Below, piece after piece: positions 28,301 through 41,800 of a DNA stretch of 64,000 nt. Under the pieces are notes generated by a model. That model was given only the letters and a program-made list of their open reading frames with translations. It had not been told where the DNA came from and searched no databases. The stretch is taken from the NCBI RefSeq assembly GCF_009914755.1, contig NC_060938.1, one strand, 5' to 3'. Position 1 is the stretch's first letter. Each line of letters opens with the position of its first letter. The position numbers and the translations under genes were made by a program. This DNA comes from the human T2T-CHM13v2.0 reference genome, Homo sapiens.

Positions 28301-30347
28301 ACCACTGCAGTTTGAATGTCTGGTTTTCATTTTTAAACTTATTTTTAGATTTTGTTATGTTTATTTTTCAGTCTTTATACAATGTTATAAATGTTAAAAT
28401 ACTTTAAATTTTTATGACTAATGAATTCATTAAATTTATTTTTATCCTCTTGAATCCTTATTAACTAAGTAAAAGAACGTATTTCTTTTTCTGTATATGT
28501 TCATGTGTGAGATTTTGTTTAAAAAACAATAGCATTTGTAAATATGTCTAGAAGCTTAATTCTTATAATTAATCTCTGGACCTAATTTACACAAGTACTA
28601 CTTATTAGAATTTTTTTCCTCCTGTTTTTGGTTCTGGTCTTTGTGCCAAAAGTCACTTTTTAACCTTTTAAAAAGTATTTGCATTATATTATACTGTATG
28701 TGACGGGATTTTAATGTTATGGTCTTAATGTTTATGGCTTAGTATTTGCAGTAATGTTGGCTAAAAGGTCCATTTATTTAATCCTAACTGTAAATTCAAT
28801 TTTAAAAAACAGTTTGGAAAAAGATTTTTAAACAGGTCCTGGCTTATTAAATCTTTTTATATTCCTGTTTGAAAATTCGCTTCAGTTTATGTCTTAAATT
28901 TTGTATGGGCTAATATTGTTGTCAAACGCAGTAGGTGATTTTTATTAGAAATATTGTTTGCCAGATGGCTTGCTTAAAGTCAGTTAAAATAATCTTTTAA
29001 AAATGGTCATTATAAAGCTTTTAATGAGTATTACAGGCAGTTCTTACTAAAATTTCTTTAAATATTAAACAGTGTGCCTTCAGGCAATTAATACAGGTTA
29101 GGGAACCTTTTAAGGTAAAATGTAATGCAAAGAATGAAATAACTTGAAAGGCTAAATCTGCATGTTAGATATTCCCCAGAGCATGCATGTTTCACATAGT
29201 TTATTTTACTCCATTAATATTTTTTGTTGTTGGAACTCCTACTTAATTCTAGTTTAACACTTAGTAAGGCTTCCAGGCTTCAAAATTTGAGTGCTAAAAT
29301 AGAATAAAGTAGGTTGGAACTAAATTCTGTGCTTCAATATCAAAAGTGTTTTAGATCCTTAGAATGTTTGTTTTTATTAGATTTCAGCTGTTTACCAAGA
29401 CACTTTAACATTCAGTTCCTTTTATGTGAATGTGAAACCAGGATTAAAACAAGCTAAAGTCTTGACTAGCAACTTTTTTTTTGAAGTTAATACGTTGCTT
29501 TTATGTAAGAATTTTTGCTTTTTAAAGGAAATACCAGTTAAAGAAGAGCACTTGAATTGATTTAGAGTATAAATTGAAAAGCAATACTTTTAACTTTTTA
29601 GCTAAGGAAATTTATTTTTCTTTTGTTAGTTTCTACATGTGAAAAGATAGAATAGCTTTTAAAAGATATTTTTTTGATCACAGCCCATTAAAAATGTTCT
29701 TTAATTTTATATTTTATTATAAAATTCTTAATGTAAATCTAGAATAGCTGCAAGGAATCTTAGCAATACAGTTACTCATGCATTACTAATGCTTTGGTGT
29801 AGAATATAAAAGGTATTCTAGTATATTCTCCTCGTACTATATTTCATCACTTTTCCTTCATTATTGTTAAAGCCAGGTCTTAATGATTTTGCTCCTTAAT
29901 AAGTTTACATCTTATAAATAAATAAAATTTGTGTTCTTCCATTTACTATTAAAAGTTTTAAACTTTGTAACATTGCTCTTGCAAAACACTTCTATTATAA
30001 AATCTTGATGTGCAACTTTATTCTAGGACAATTCTATTGAATTAAGTTGCTTATTTGAGTTATTTCTATACTGTAACCTTAAACCAATTCCTTTAAGTCT
30101 GTTAATTAACCACATTTGTGCCTAAAAAATTATTAAGTTGCTAGATTTGGAAAGAAAATTAAAATCTGTATGTTTGCTTTGTGCTGTGAAATGTTAACAA
30201 TAGAGTTTCTTCAGGATCAAATTCTGTGTAGTCACTATTTTAACATCTATAGCCTCTTTGAACAATATGTTTTAGCACATTATCCTGGTATAGGAGATAA
30301 AAATGTATTTGACCTTCATCTCTGTTTATGATACAGAAAATTCTCAA

Positions 30348-30419
30348 TCTCTCTCTCTGCTTGTGTGTTTGTGTGTGTGTGTTTGTTTGTGTGTGTAGGA
30401 AAGAGAGAGAGAGATCTCT
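30348..30419. repeat. Compound microsatellite (TC)n-(TG)n-(GA)n
   Basis: tctctctctctgc ttgtgtgtttgtgtgtgtgtgt... gagagagagagatctct. Confidence 0.85.
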
Positions 30420-31157
30420 TCTTCCTCCTGGTACGTCCTTCTGCATATGTTTTTGGATTCTTATTTAACTGAAAACTCAGAAAGGAAAATGTCTGGATAT
30501 CATTTAGTTTAGACCTTAACTCCACAGCACTTTAAAGATGTAAGAGGACTTCTTGTTAAACAGAATAAATAACAGTCTACATATAAAAATTAGTAATTTG
30601 CTTATGGTATTAAAATGTGTCTGGGTGCTTATAATTAATATATTAAAATGTTTAACTGTCATTTTGTTACTTAAGTTAGAAAACATAGACTTAAATTTTA
30701 AAAGTAAGTTAGTAAAGGAGAAAATAAATATACTTTTGGTTGTACTTACAATAGTTTCATTGTGCAAAATAGAACAAGGATCATTTCCAAACGGTCTCAG
30801 GTGAAATCTAATGGGAAACAATTTCAAACTGGTCTAAATTTACTGGTAAAAAGAATGCGTCTTAGATAAACATCTGATCTAAGTTATAGTACTTTGTACT
30901 ACTCTTTTTGTGATTAGCTTATTTTTTTCGTTTTAATAAATGTGGTTGGTTTGCTAGTTGAAATAGGAACTTTTAATGTGGATTTTATAAAAATACTTGT
31001 TTGCAGGTTATTTTGATTTATGAATCTACAACAGCCTTTTCTTATTATGGAATGTTAATATTTTTTGTAAAGTGTCCTCCATAATGTGAATATTTAGTTT
31101 GACATGAAATGCTTGTGGAAAAGACATAATTTAAAATAAAAGTCTTGTTGTTTTTAG

Positions 31158-31403
<246 letters not shown>

Positions 31404-32026
31404 TAGTAAACCGAAATGTTCAGATGTTTAAGAACAGTGTCTGATCTAGTTTTAGGTGTCTGGAAATATGGATGGGTGCAGTATGAGGAAAGTGAAACAA
31501 ATAATTTTCAGAGTATACAACACAATTTTTTTGTATGTGAATTGGGTTTGTATGACTTTCTTACTCTACTTACATTTTTAAGCTTGTAGTGTAGAAAAAA
31601 ATTTATAAATATTGTTTGGAGAGTAGTTACCATCTGCAGATATGAAATGGGAAAGCAAATGTATCAATTAGTGTTTTCTTCTAAACAGTCTTCTTCACAT
31701 ATATATTTTTAAAAACTCTGAAAGCCATTTTTAGTTTCTAGACTGATGAATAGATTAATTTGGGTTTCAAAAAATTTATTTTATATTGTATTGTTATATT
31801 TTATTGTTTATTTTAGCATTCAAGGGAAAGATTTTATAAGCCAATGATGTTTTTGTATACTTTTACAGGTTTTTTTTTTTGTTTAGAAAATATATACTTT
31901 GGCATATTAACTTTAACATGTGTTTAATATTTAGATGTTTGAGATGTAGCCACTCTAAATATGTAGCATTCAAATTCCTAATTATCTTTTAAAATAGTCT
32001 CATTAGAGTAGTATAAAATGTGGTTA

Positions 32027-32150
32027 GAAAAGATAAATGTTTGAGGTGATGGATATCTCAATTACCCTGTTTTGGTTATTACATATTGTATGCATACAGG
32101 TATCAAAAGTACCACAAAATATATGCAACTACTCTGTATCAATTAAAAAC
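32027..32150 (+). mobile_element. Short L1MA 3'-end fragment
   Basis: gataaatgtttgaggtgatggatatctcaattaccctg...tatcaattaaaaa. Confidence 0.7.
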
Positions 32151-32184
32151 TGGTTTTAAAAAAGTTGTGGCAGCACTACAAAGT

Positions 32185-32415
32185 CATGGTTACGGATTTG
32201 GACTTTGAATCCAAACAGACCTGAGTTCAACTCTCAACAACCCATTTATCCAGCGGCTTGACATGAACAAATTACTTTGCCTTTCCAATAAGCCTTTTTT
32301 TCCCATCTGTGGAACGGTGATGATAATACTGATCTCATAAACGTGTTGGGAAATAATGTGAACAAAGTACACAGTATAGTACTTGGCTTATTGTAAGCTC
32401 TCAATAATTGAGGTT
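32185..32415 (+). mobile_element. MIR SINE
   Basis: ggactttgaatccaaacagacctgagttcaa...catctgtggaacgg...aagctctcaataa. Confidence 0.7.
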
Positions 32416-33634
32416 AGTTTTTATTGATAATAACGAGTTGATAACACAAATGGCTATACTAATTCCCTAAATCTTTACCTAGTTTTTATATACATAAAAT
32501 TCATTTTTATACATAGTTTTAAAATTCAAGATGATGGAGGTTGCAGAATCTTTGTTTGGCTTTTATCATTATATGCCTGCATTTCAAAGTCAGTGTTAAT
32601 GACATGCAATATTGAAGTGGTGGGAGTTTACTGGTAAAAGACCAGTAAACTCAGTAATTTTCAAGAATAAAGTCTAGTATTCAGATGACACAATGTAGCT
32701 ACAAGCCTCAGGAATGTATCCCCTATTGTAAATTGAGCATGATGAGTATGCAAGAACGAATGCCTCAAAACATTATCAAAGTATATTTTAAATTAGAGAT
32801 AATACTCTAATTTTAAGAGGCAAAGGACCGTTTCTTTCCTTTGACCTCAATGGATAAAGTCATATTTAATTTTACTGTTGCTTCCACTTTAGCAAATGTG
32901 TAGCAGCTGCTCCTATTTTCTAGTTCTCTTCCTTTTATAGTATATATAATATTAAAATAAGATCTGGCTTACAGTCTAAGTAGAAGATACAAGAACTCAT
33001 CTTAAGTCTTTTGCAACTTTTTTTTTTTTTTTCAGTTGCTGACTATAGAATTTGAAAATCTAGATACTTCGGTATTAAGTTGGCTCTACTTTTAAAATTT
33101 ATCTTGAATTTACCCACTTCTCTCCACCTCTTATCATCTTAGGATAATTGCCATCATTTCTTTAGTGGACTATCACAGTAACATTCCACCTGGTGTCTCT
33201 ATTCATCTGTGTACCCCATAATCTAGTCTATAAGCCTTTGGGTGGTTTCCTAAATAAATGAATGATGGTAAATAAACAATATTAAACAAATCAGCTCATC
33301 ACCTCCTTGCTTACTATCTTCCTATGTCTTCCCAGTACACTTAGAATAAAATTCAGAATATTATCTACTTTCTCACCTCTGAGAAAGTGACATTTGTACT
33401 AAGAAGTCAATGGTAAAATGGAGTTAGCCATGCAAAAATACAGGCAGAGAAAAGAGCAGTAAAGAAGGCCTAAGGTAAGAAACAGCATTTTCTAGAAACA
33501 GACAAAAGATACTGTTAAGAGAATACTTTCCCTACTCTGCCTTGCTCCTTATGCTCAATTCACACTGACCGTTTGACTATTCTATCTAAAGTATCTTTCT
33601 CCTGCCCCCATCCACATTATGTTATGCTTTTTAA

Positions 33635-33829
<195 letters not shown>

Positions 33830-34889
33830 TAATGTTTATCTTTACCACTGGAATATAAATTCTGTGTACCTAGAATGATGTTTGTCTCTAGTACCTATTT
33901 AATGAATGTTCACTGTGGACCTTCATTAAATATTTTTAAATGAATGACTGAATCTTACATATTAGGCTCACATTTAATAGAATGAAGATCCTGAAGTACT
34001 TTCAAGTTTCTGTGACTTTATGGTGTTTACTCTGTTTGGAATATACTTAACTGCTTATGAAAACTTTACTTATAATTTATGCATCGATCAAGTGTGATTT
34101 TCATGAACCCTCTTTTGTGTGGAATTTAATTGCATATTCTGATGCTTCCCCTAACATTTTATATGTACTTTTATTATATATTGTAGCTCCTGCCTTGTAT
34201 TGCAATTGGCTATTTTCCATGCCGGTCTCATTTTAGATGAGCTTCCTTAAGGACACAATGTGTTCTGTGGCATAACTTTATGTGTTCTTGTGGGGACTAA
34301 ATATTGTACTATGTAATTATTCAAAAAATTTTTTTGAATAAATTATTCTCATTTTTCTTAACTTCAGAGCATTTTGCTTTGCCATTGGGAGATTCACATT
34401 TGGGTCAAGAAGAATTTGATGCAATGTACAGCCAAAATAAAAAAATTGTTTTTATAGATATATCTAAATTTCCATCACTCTATCATATTTTTACATTCCA
34501 TTACCAATGAGAATTACAAATTATGTATTTCTCTTCTTCTGTGTTCTTATCTTTTAATTTTTACCTGTGGTATGTTTTGAAATTTATATAACCTGGCTAG
34601 CCCTCTTAGATAGTCTTAGTGCTTTTCTTTGGCCTAAAGAGAGGCAGCATCAGATCTACAACCTTTTTTCACCTAGACAGAATAGTTGCTGGTGGTCTTT
34701 CTGTGTTTCGTAATGTTCTATTTATTTAAAAATGAAATGAATTGGAATGGCGAGATGTAAAAGTTTTTGAAGATCACTGATTAATAAATCTGCTAACCTG
34801 AACATGATATGAACAAAATACTCTGCAATGTATTTCCTTGAGGAGATTAGGAAATATATCCATTGTGGCAAAGTTGCTTCACCAGCATA

Positions 34890-35526
34890 CTTTTTAAATT
34901 ATTTATTTATTTTAAATTTATTTTTAGAGACAGGATCTTGTTCTGTTACTTCAAGCTGGAGTGCAGTGGTGAGATCCTAGCTCACTGTAGCCTACTTCTG
35001 GGCTCAAGCCATCCTCCTATTGCAGCCTCCCAAGTAACTGGGTTTACAGGCTCACACCACCACTCTGGGCTAGTTTTTAAGAATTTTTTTTTTTTTTTTT
35101 GGAGAGGAGGCAGGGTATAGTTATGTTGGCCAGGCTGGTCTTGAATTCCTGGTCTCAAGCAATCTTGGAACGCCTCAGCCTTCGAAAGTGCTAGGATTAC
35201 AGGTGTGAGCCAGTGTGCTCAGGCGGGAGCCTACTTTATTTTTTATTTTGTTTTTGAGATGGAGTCTTGGTCTATCGACCAGGCTGGAGTGCAGTGACAC
35301 AATCTGGACTCACTGCAACCTCTGTCCCCTGGGCTCAAGCGATTCTCCCACCTCATCCTCCCCAGTAGCTGGGACTACAGGTGTGTGCCACCACACCCGG
35401 CTATTTTTTGTAATTTTGGTAGCAATGGGGTTTCACCATGTTGCCCAGGCCGGTCTGGAACTCCTGAGCTCAAGCCACCTGCCTGCCTTGGCCTCCCAGA
35501 GTGTTGGGATTACACTGTGCCCGGCT
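34890..35526 (-). mobile_element. Two tandem AluJ-like SINEs (about 34890-35224 and 35234-35526)
   Basis: Two reverse-complement Alu dimers; ORFs 34863.. and 35215.. are Alu translations. Confidence 0.88.
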
Positions 35527-36038
35527 GAGGAGCACACTTTTAATGATGAAAGAAGTTTCAATCTCAGCTCATCTTGGAGCAAATTTAATAAACCTCCCTC
35601 TACTCTGCCTTTTAAAGTATTGGATGAAGAGGTGGGTCTTACACCCTGGCTTTAAGGTCAACAACCTTGAAGACTGACAAAGGGATCAAATTCTAAAACT
35701 GAAAACTCACTACTTGGAGTACTCTCCCTTTAGCTATCCCTGAATTCTGTGAGAGCTTGTTAGCAGCAGTGCTCTCTGTTTATCTGATTACTTTTGAGTG
35801 GGGATTGGGGAGGGGGAATGTGTTGCACAGATTTTCTTTTTGCCTGAAGGGGTATCTTACCCTGAGTTTGTTTGTAATAATGTTTAACATTCTGCTGCAA
35901 GGCATATAGATTTGGAGAGGAAAAAAAATTTCTATCTTTACATTGCCTTTATGTTCTTCTGAATGTCTTTCTCTGAGTGGTATTTAAGACTTCTATTACC
36001 TTTAATTTTCTTTCTTGCATCATTACCTTTTATATCTA

Positions 36039-36733
<695 letters not shown>

Positions 36734-38782
36734 TTATGTATCTATTCATTTTTCTCCCCAACTGCCCATCCAGCTACTTTCTTTGAATTTTAAAATTGCC
36801 TACCTTGTTTGTCATATGTGTACTAGCTATTAGGTTATAAACATCTTGAGGGCAGAGGCTTCATATTTTAACATAGTTTTATATGATTGTGGCTATGTAG
36901 GTACTTAAATAATATCAGATATTCATGATCAGTTTCAAACTTTCAAATGTTGGAAGTATTAACACATCTTGAAATAATGTAAAGACAAATACTACTCAAT
37001 AAGGAACTACCAAAGTATTTGAATTAGGAGGCAATAAAGTATAGAAGAAAGAAAATGGGCATAACGGGATTAAATCCCAGATTTACCGTTATTAGATATG
37101 TTTCCATGGGTAAGATATTGCTTTACTCTTCTGAGTTTGTTTTCTCATTTGGGAAGATGAGAAATGTTAACTTCATATGATTGTTTAGAATATTGAAATC
37201 TATACATAAAATGCTAAAGCTGGTGCCCAATGTATGCTAGCCATGTGGTAAATAGTAATAATTAGCAACCATAATGTTACCATTAATGTTTGTTATTTTT
37301 CGTAGTTAGATATATAAATGAATTATTTTATAATGCCCTTGAACCAAATGCTGAATATTGTTATAAGTATTCTGTCACATACTTAAGTTATATTACTCTC
37401 AATGTGTGTTAAAATATTGGATCACTTACCCCCACCCCATTGGATCAATTCCAGATGGATAATAGAAAAGTAAAACAATAAAAACATCCTTAAGAGAGTG
37501 GGAAAAAAACAAGCCACAAAGTGACAAAAGTTATTTACAACATATGTAACTAATAAAAGGCTTAGATCCAGAAGGTATAAATAACTCATATATGTGATCT
37601 AGAGTCTGGAACAGGCATTTCTAAAAATAGGATAGCCAATCCTCAGCCTCATTAGTGACTGGTGAAAGAATATGTAGATTAAAATCACAACACAGCACTA
37701 AATACCCACTAGAATGGCTAAACTGGAAATAAAAATCACAGTTGGTTCAAGGGAAAGGTAAAATTTAGAATGGCATAGTATTTACATGAATTCATTAGTG
37801 TCAATTTTTTACTGAATGTGGAGACTGACACAGAATACAGATGAAAGTCTAAATGTTTATGAAGTTAAGTATTTTTATAGTCTTTAGAAAAATCAATCCT
37901 GAATGAAGGATGAAAAGTAACATTAAGCAACTATATCCCAGGGGTTGATTTTGTTGAACGCCTGCTATAAGCCAGCATAGTCTGGCTGCTGGATATGCAA
38001 GAATACAGACATTACTTAAGAATTTGTGACCTATGATAGTTCTTTTTTATAATAAGTATTACTTTCTGTTTTTATATCTTCATAAAATAGATGGTATTCC
38101 TATTTTTACAAATGTGAAAACTGAGTCTTTGAGAGGTTAGGTCACATTTAAAAGATGATGCTGAAACTCATTCTCTTTCTATTACATCTCATTTAATTAA
38201 TGAAAATATTAATAAACTTACACATTCTGATTCAGGTGTCCTCTGAGAGCTAAGATTTGAACTCTTGTTTCTAATAGTGGGCTGATTGTATGACCTAGGT
38301 AATTTAAGGGGCAGGAGTCAGCATAATAACTTTCTTTTCCTGATCTGCTCTACTTAAAAAAAGTCAAAACACAAAATGAAGTCGGATGTGCTCAACTTGG
38401 AGAGGAACCAAGGAAGGATGTATAAATATGATTAAGGTTTCTGGAAATAGATCCTTTGAGATGTGACAGAAAAGACTGAATTTATTTGTTTAATAAACCT
38501 AGAGAAAGTTGAAGGGTTCAAAATGGGCATAAAATAATGACTAAGAAATGAGGATTTTATTATTATATATTCACATAGGTAGGGTTCAGTCAGTCAGTGA
38601 ACATATTTTGATTAGGAATATTATGAAGGTTGTGCCGGATTTATTATTTGAAGTATATTTTCTAGGAATTAAACTGTCAGGGGGTGGAGTAATGTTAGGC
38701 ATAGGGTCTTAGAGAAATTAATGTAATTTGTGACTTCAGAATTTAAGAAGGTTCTACTTATCACTATTTTATGCATGAATAG

Positions 38783-39098
<316 letters not shown>

Positions 39099-39546
39099 AG
39101 AAACTTCATTTTATAGATTATTGTGCCCTCTGTGTGGTGATAGCTTTTGAACTCTTAAAGTGAGAGCTACAACTTTGTTTCTTGGCCAGGTGTTAGTTAT
39201 TTTGATCTATTTGGTTCAAATCCTGTCAATATAATTATGCAGCCTTCTATTTCTTTATCATTTTACAAATACTTCTAATTATTTTTACTTAGCTTATGGT
39301 TATGGTTACTATTCTTCATTACATCATTCTTAGTTGAACCAGTGAACAGACCTCAAAGTTTTTTTTTTCCCTGATTCATTACTAGATAATTTGTGTCAAT
39401 AAATATCCATGCAAGTAAATCTTAGTCTTTTGGGAACAAGCGAAGGCACATTGGTCATCTCATAAATTAGGATTGAGATTCTACGGCTGAGGATCTGGTG
39501 CTTCTTCATTCTATTTTGTTTGTTTGCAAACTGAAAATAAAATGAG

Positions 39547-39685
39547 TCACAAAGATAACCTATGGATGTCAAAAGATAATTGTTTTTATGTCAAAAGATA
39601 ATTGTTTTATGGATCACAAAGATAACCTATGGATGTCAAAAGATAAAAGTACTTAAAAACAAAAGAATTGTTTTTAAGTACTTTT
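39547..39685. repeat. Mosaic of direct repeats (33 bp x2, 21 bp x2) fused to a perfect 18 bp inverted repeat
   Basis: tcacaaagataacctatggatgtcaaaagataa at 39547 and 39614; aaaagtacttaaaaacaa-aagaa-ttgtttttaagtactttt at 39645-39685. Confidence 0.9.
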
Positions 39686-40938
39686 GATAGTCTGTGGTTG
39701 GTTTGGGGAGTAGTATGGAGAAACATACCATGCATTAACAAAGGGGAAAACTTTTTAAGTATTTTAACCCTGATGTTTGAAGAGTTTAAAAAAATATTAT
39801 CTATGGGTGAGCCAGAAGGGAGCAGAGTACTCATTTGTGATATAAATTGCCTTTTCTGAGTGCAACAGATAGTATTTAGCTGTTCGCTTTCAAGCATTGC
39901 ATATTCCTCTGAACTCATTGGAAGATCTAACCTTGATAAAATATGTGAGTTATAGAAAATTAATACCCGTTCGTATCTGAAAAAGAAAATAAAAATTACA
40001 TTGAGCAGTCAGTTATGTCCTGTAAAGCCATAAGTTTGTGCCAAACAGCTTAGGTGCTTTACCATTTTGCCAAAGAACAAAAAACAAAACTTGACCAGGT
40101 GTTATTAATTTATTCTATTTTTAATATATAATTTGCACTTAGGTAGTAAATCAAGTATAACAACTAAAGAAGTCATGTGCCCTTTCTCAAGTCTTGTGAT
40201 ATGCACATAGCATTAATTTGAATCTATAAAGGTATTTTGAAATGTAAATCAAATTAATAATAGTCTTATCAGATCTTATTATGGCATATAATTAACTAGG
40301 TGAGTATCAGGTGATTACTTTCTCTTAGCTTTTAAATGTCTCCAGTTATGTTATTTCACTAAAGTTAGCAGTATATTCTAATTTTCACATGGATATCCCT
40401 GAAGAGTTACATGTAAGTAAATAGAAATTTGGTTAATTCCATTCTATTTTAAAGAAAATGGAGGTTCTTAAAACTTAAGATAATCCTTGGTGAGTATTTT
40501 AATGTGACCTAAATAAAATTTTTATGAAATGAATAGCTTCATGATTAAAACTGTAAATTTGAATTTTGTTATTTCAGAATTGTTTAAAACAGGTCGTCCT
40601 TATTATATTATTAGAAGTTTGAATTGTGGCTTCTCTACTATATATACTAATTGTTTGGTCTTGGGCAAATCACTTTACCTCTTTAAGCCTTAATTACTCA
40701 ACTCTTAAAAAAGAGATTATGCCTACATTATAGAGTTCCTGAGTATTTTGTGAAGTAATTTTATAAAACTCTCAGGATGCCTGGCTCGTTGTAAAGATAC
40801 TAAGTATAAATAGGTATAGATACAAATAAAAACTATAATAGACCAGTAAATTGTGATTGAAGGTAGGGTTTGTGACTTATAACTGTTAATTTTGTACCGT
40901 GTAGTTTTTACTAGTTATTTTATCTATAGACTCCTATA

Positions 40939-41800
40939 TAGTAGGAAAAAAACAACTCATTTTCCCCTGCTGCACATATCCAGCACAGAACACTTTTGGT
41001 CACCAAAATGTGTTTTTTTTTTTTGGTTGTTATTTCGTTTTCTTTTCTGTACCACACCAACCATTTCTGCAGCAGACACCAATAGGATTTCCTACAGTTT
41101 AACCCAATTCTGACACTAACCGGAATTAGTGCAAACCCCACTGGGTAAGATCCCAGTACCACACAACTGCTCCCAACTTCAGACATCAATCGAAAGCTCC
41201 AGGTGGTAACCTGTACTGTTGACTAACTGGCTATAAATTGAAGGTTCCCACGATCCCTTCCTGTGGTTCAATTATTTGCTGGAGTGGCTCATGGAACTTT
41301 GGGAAACACTTATGTCTACTGATTTATTATAAAGAATATTACAAAGAATACAGATGGACAGCTAGATGGAAAAGATGCATAGGGCAAGGTATGTGGGAAG
41401 GGACGTGCATCTTCCATGCCCTCTCGGGGTGGGCTACCATCCTAGCACCTCCATGTGTTCAGCAACCTGGAGGCTCCATGAATCCTGTCCTTTTGGGTTT
41501 TTATGGGGGCTTCTTTCCTATAGCCAAGATTGATAAATGACTGGCCACTGGTGATTAACTCAACCTCCTGCCCCTCACCTCTTCCCAGAGGTTGGTGGAA
41601 CTGAAAGTTCCCAACACACTAATTACAAAGTTGGTTCCCTTTGCAATAAGCCCCTGTTCTGAGGCTATCCAGGACCACCCAGCCATCTTATTAGCATACA
41701 AAAAGACACCATTTTGGAGACTACAAACGTTTTAGGAGATGAGTACCAGGAAATGGGATGAAAACCATTTGTATTTCTTATCATAAATCACAATATTACA
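40939..41800 (-). mobile_element. MER21-like LTR
   Basis: caattctgacactaacc...ctggctataaattgaaggttccc...atttcttatcataaatcacaatattaca resembles the reverse of the recalled MER21C consensus. Confidence 0.78.

Noticed and set aside
30516-30827. 103 aa and 83 aa ORFs in intron 5
   Set aside because: AT-rich, I/L/K/F-biased, non-ATG starts and no exon-like splice context.
35215-35655. 146 aa ORF and similar LECSG/HCNL/QAGLELL ORFs across the window
   Set aside because: Typical Alu translations.
39547-39685. 33 bp direct repeats as a CRISPR-like array
   Set aside because: There are only two copies, and the intervening sequence is itself derived from the repeat.
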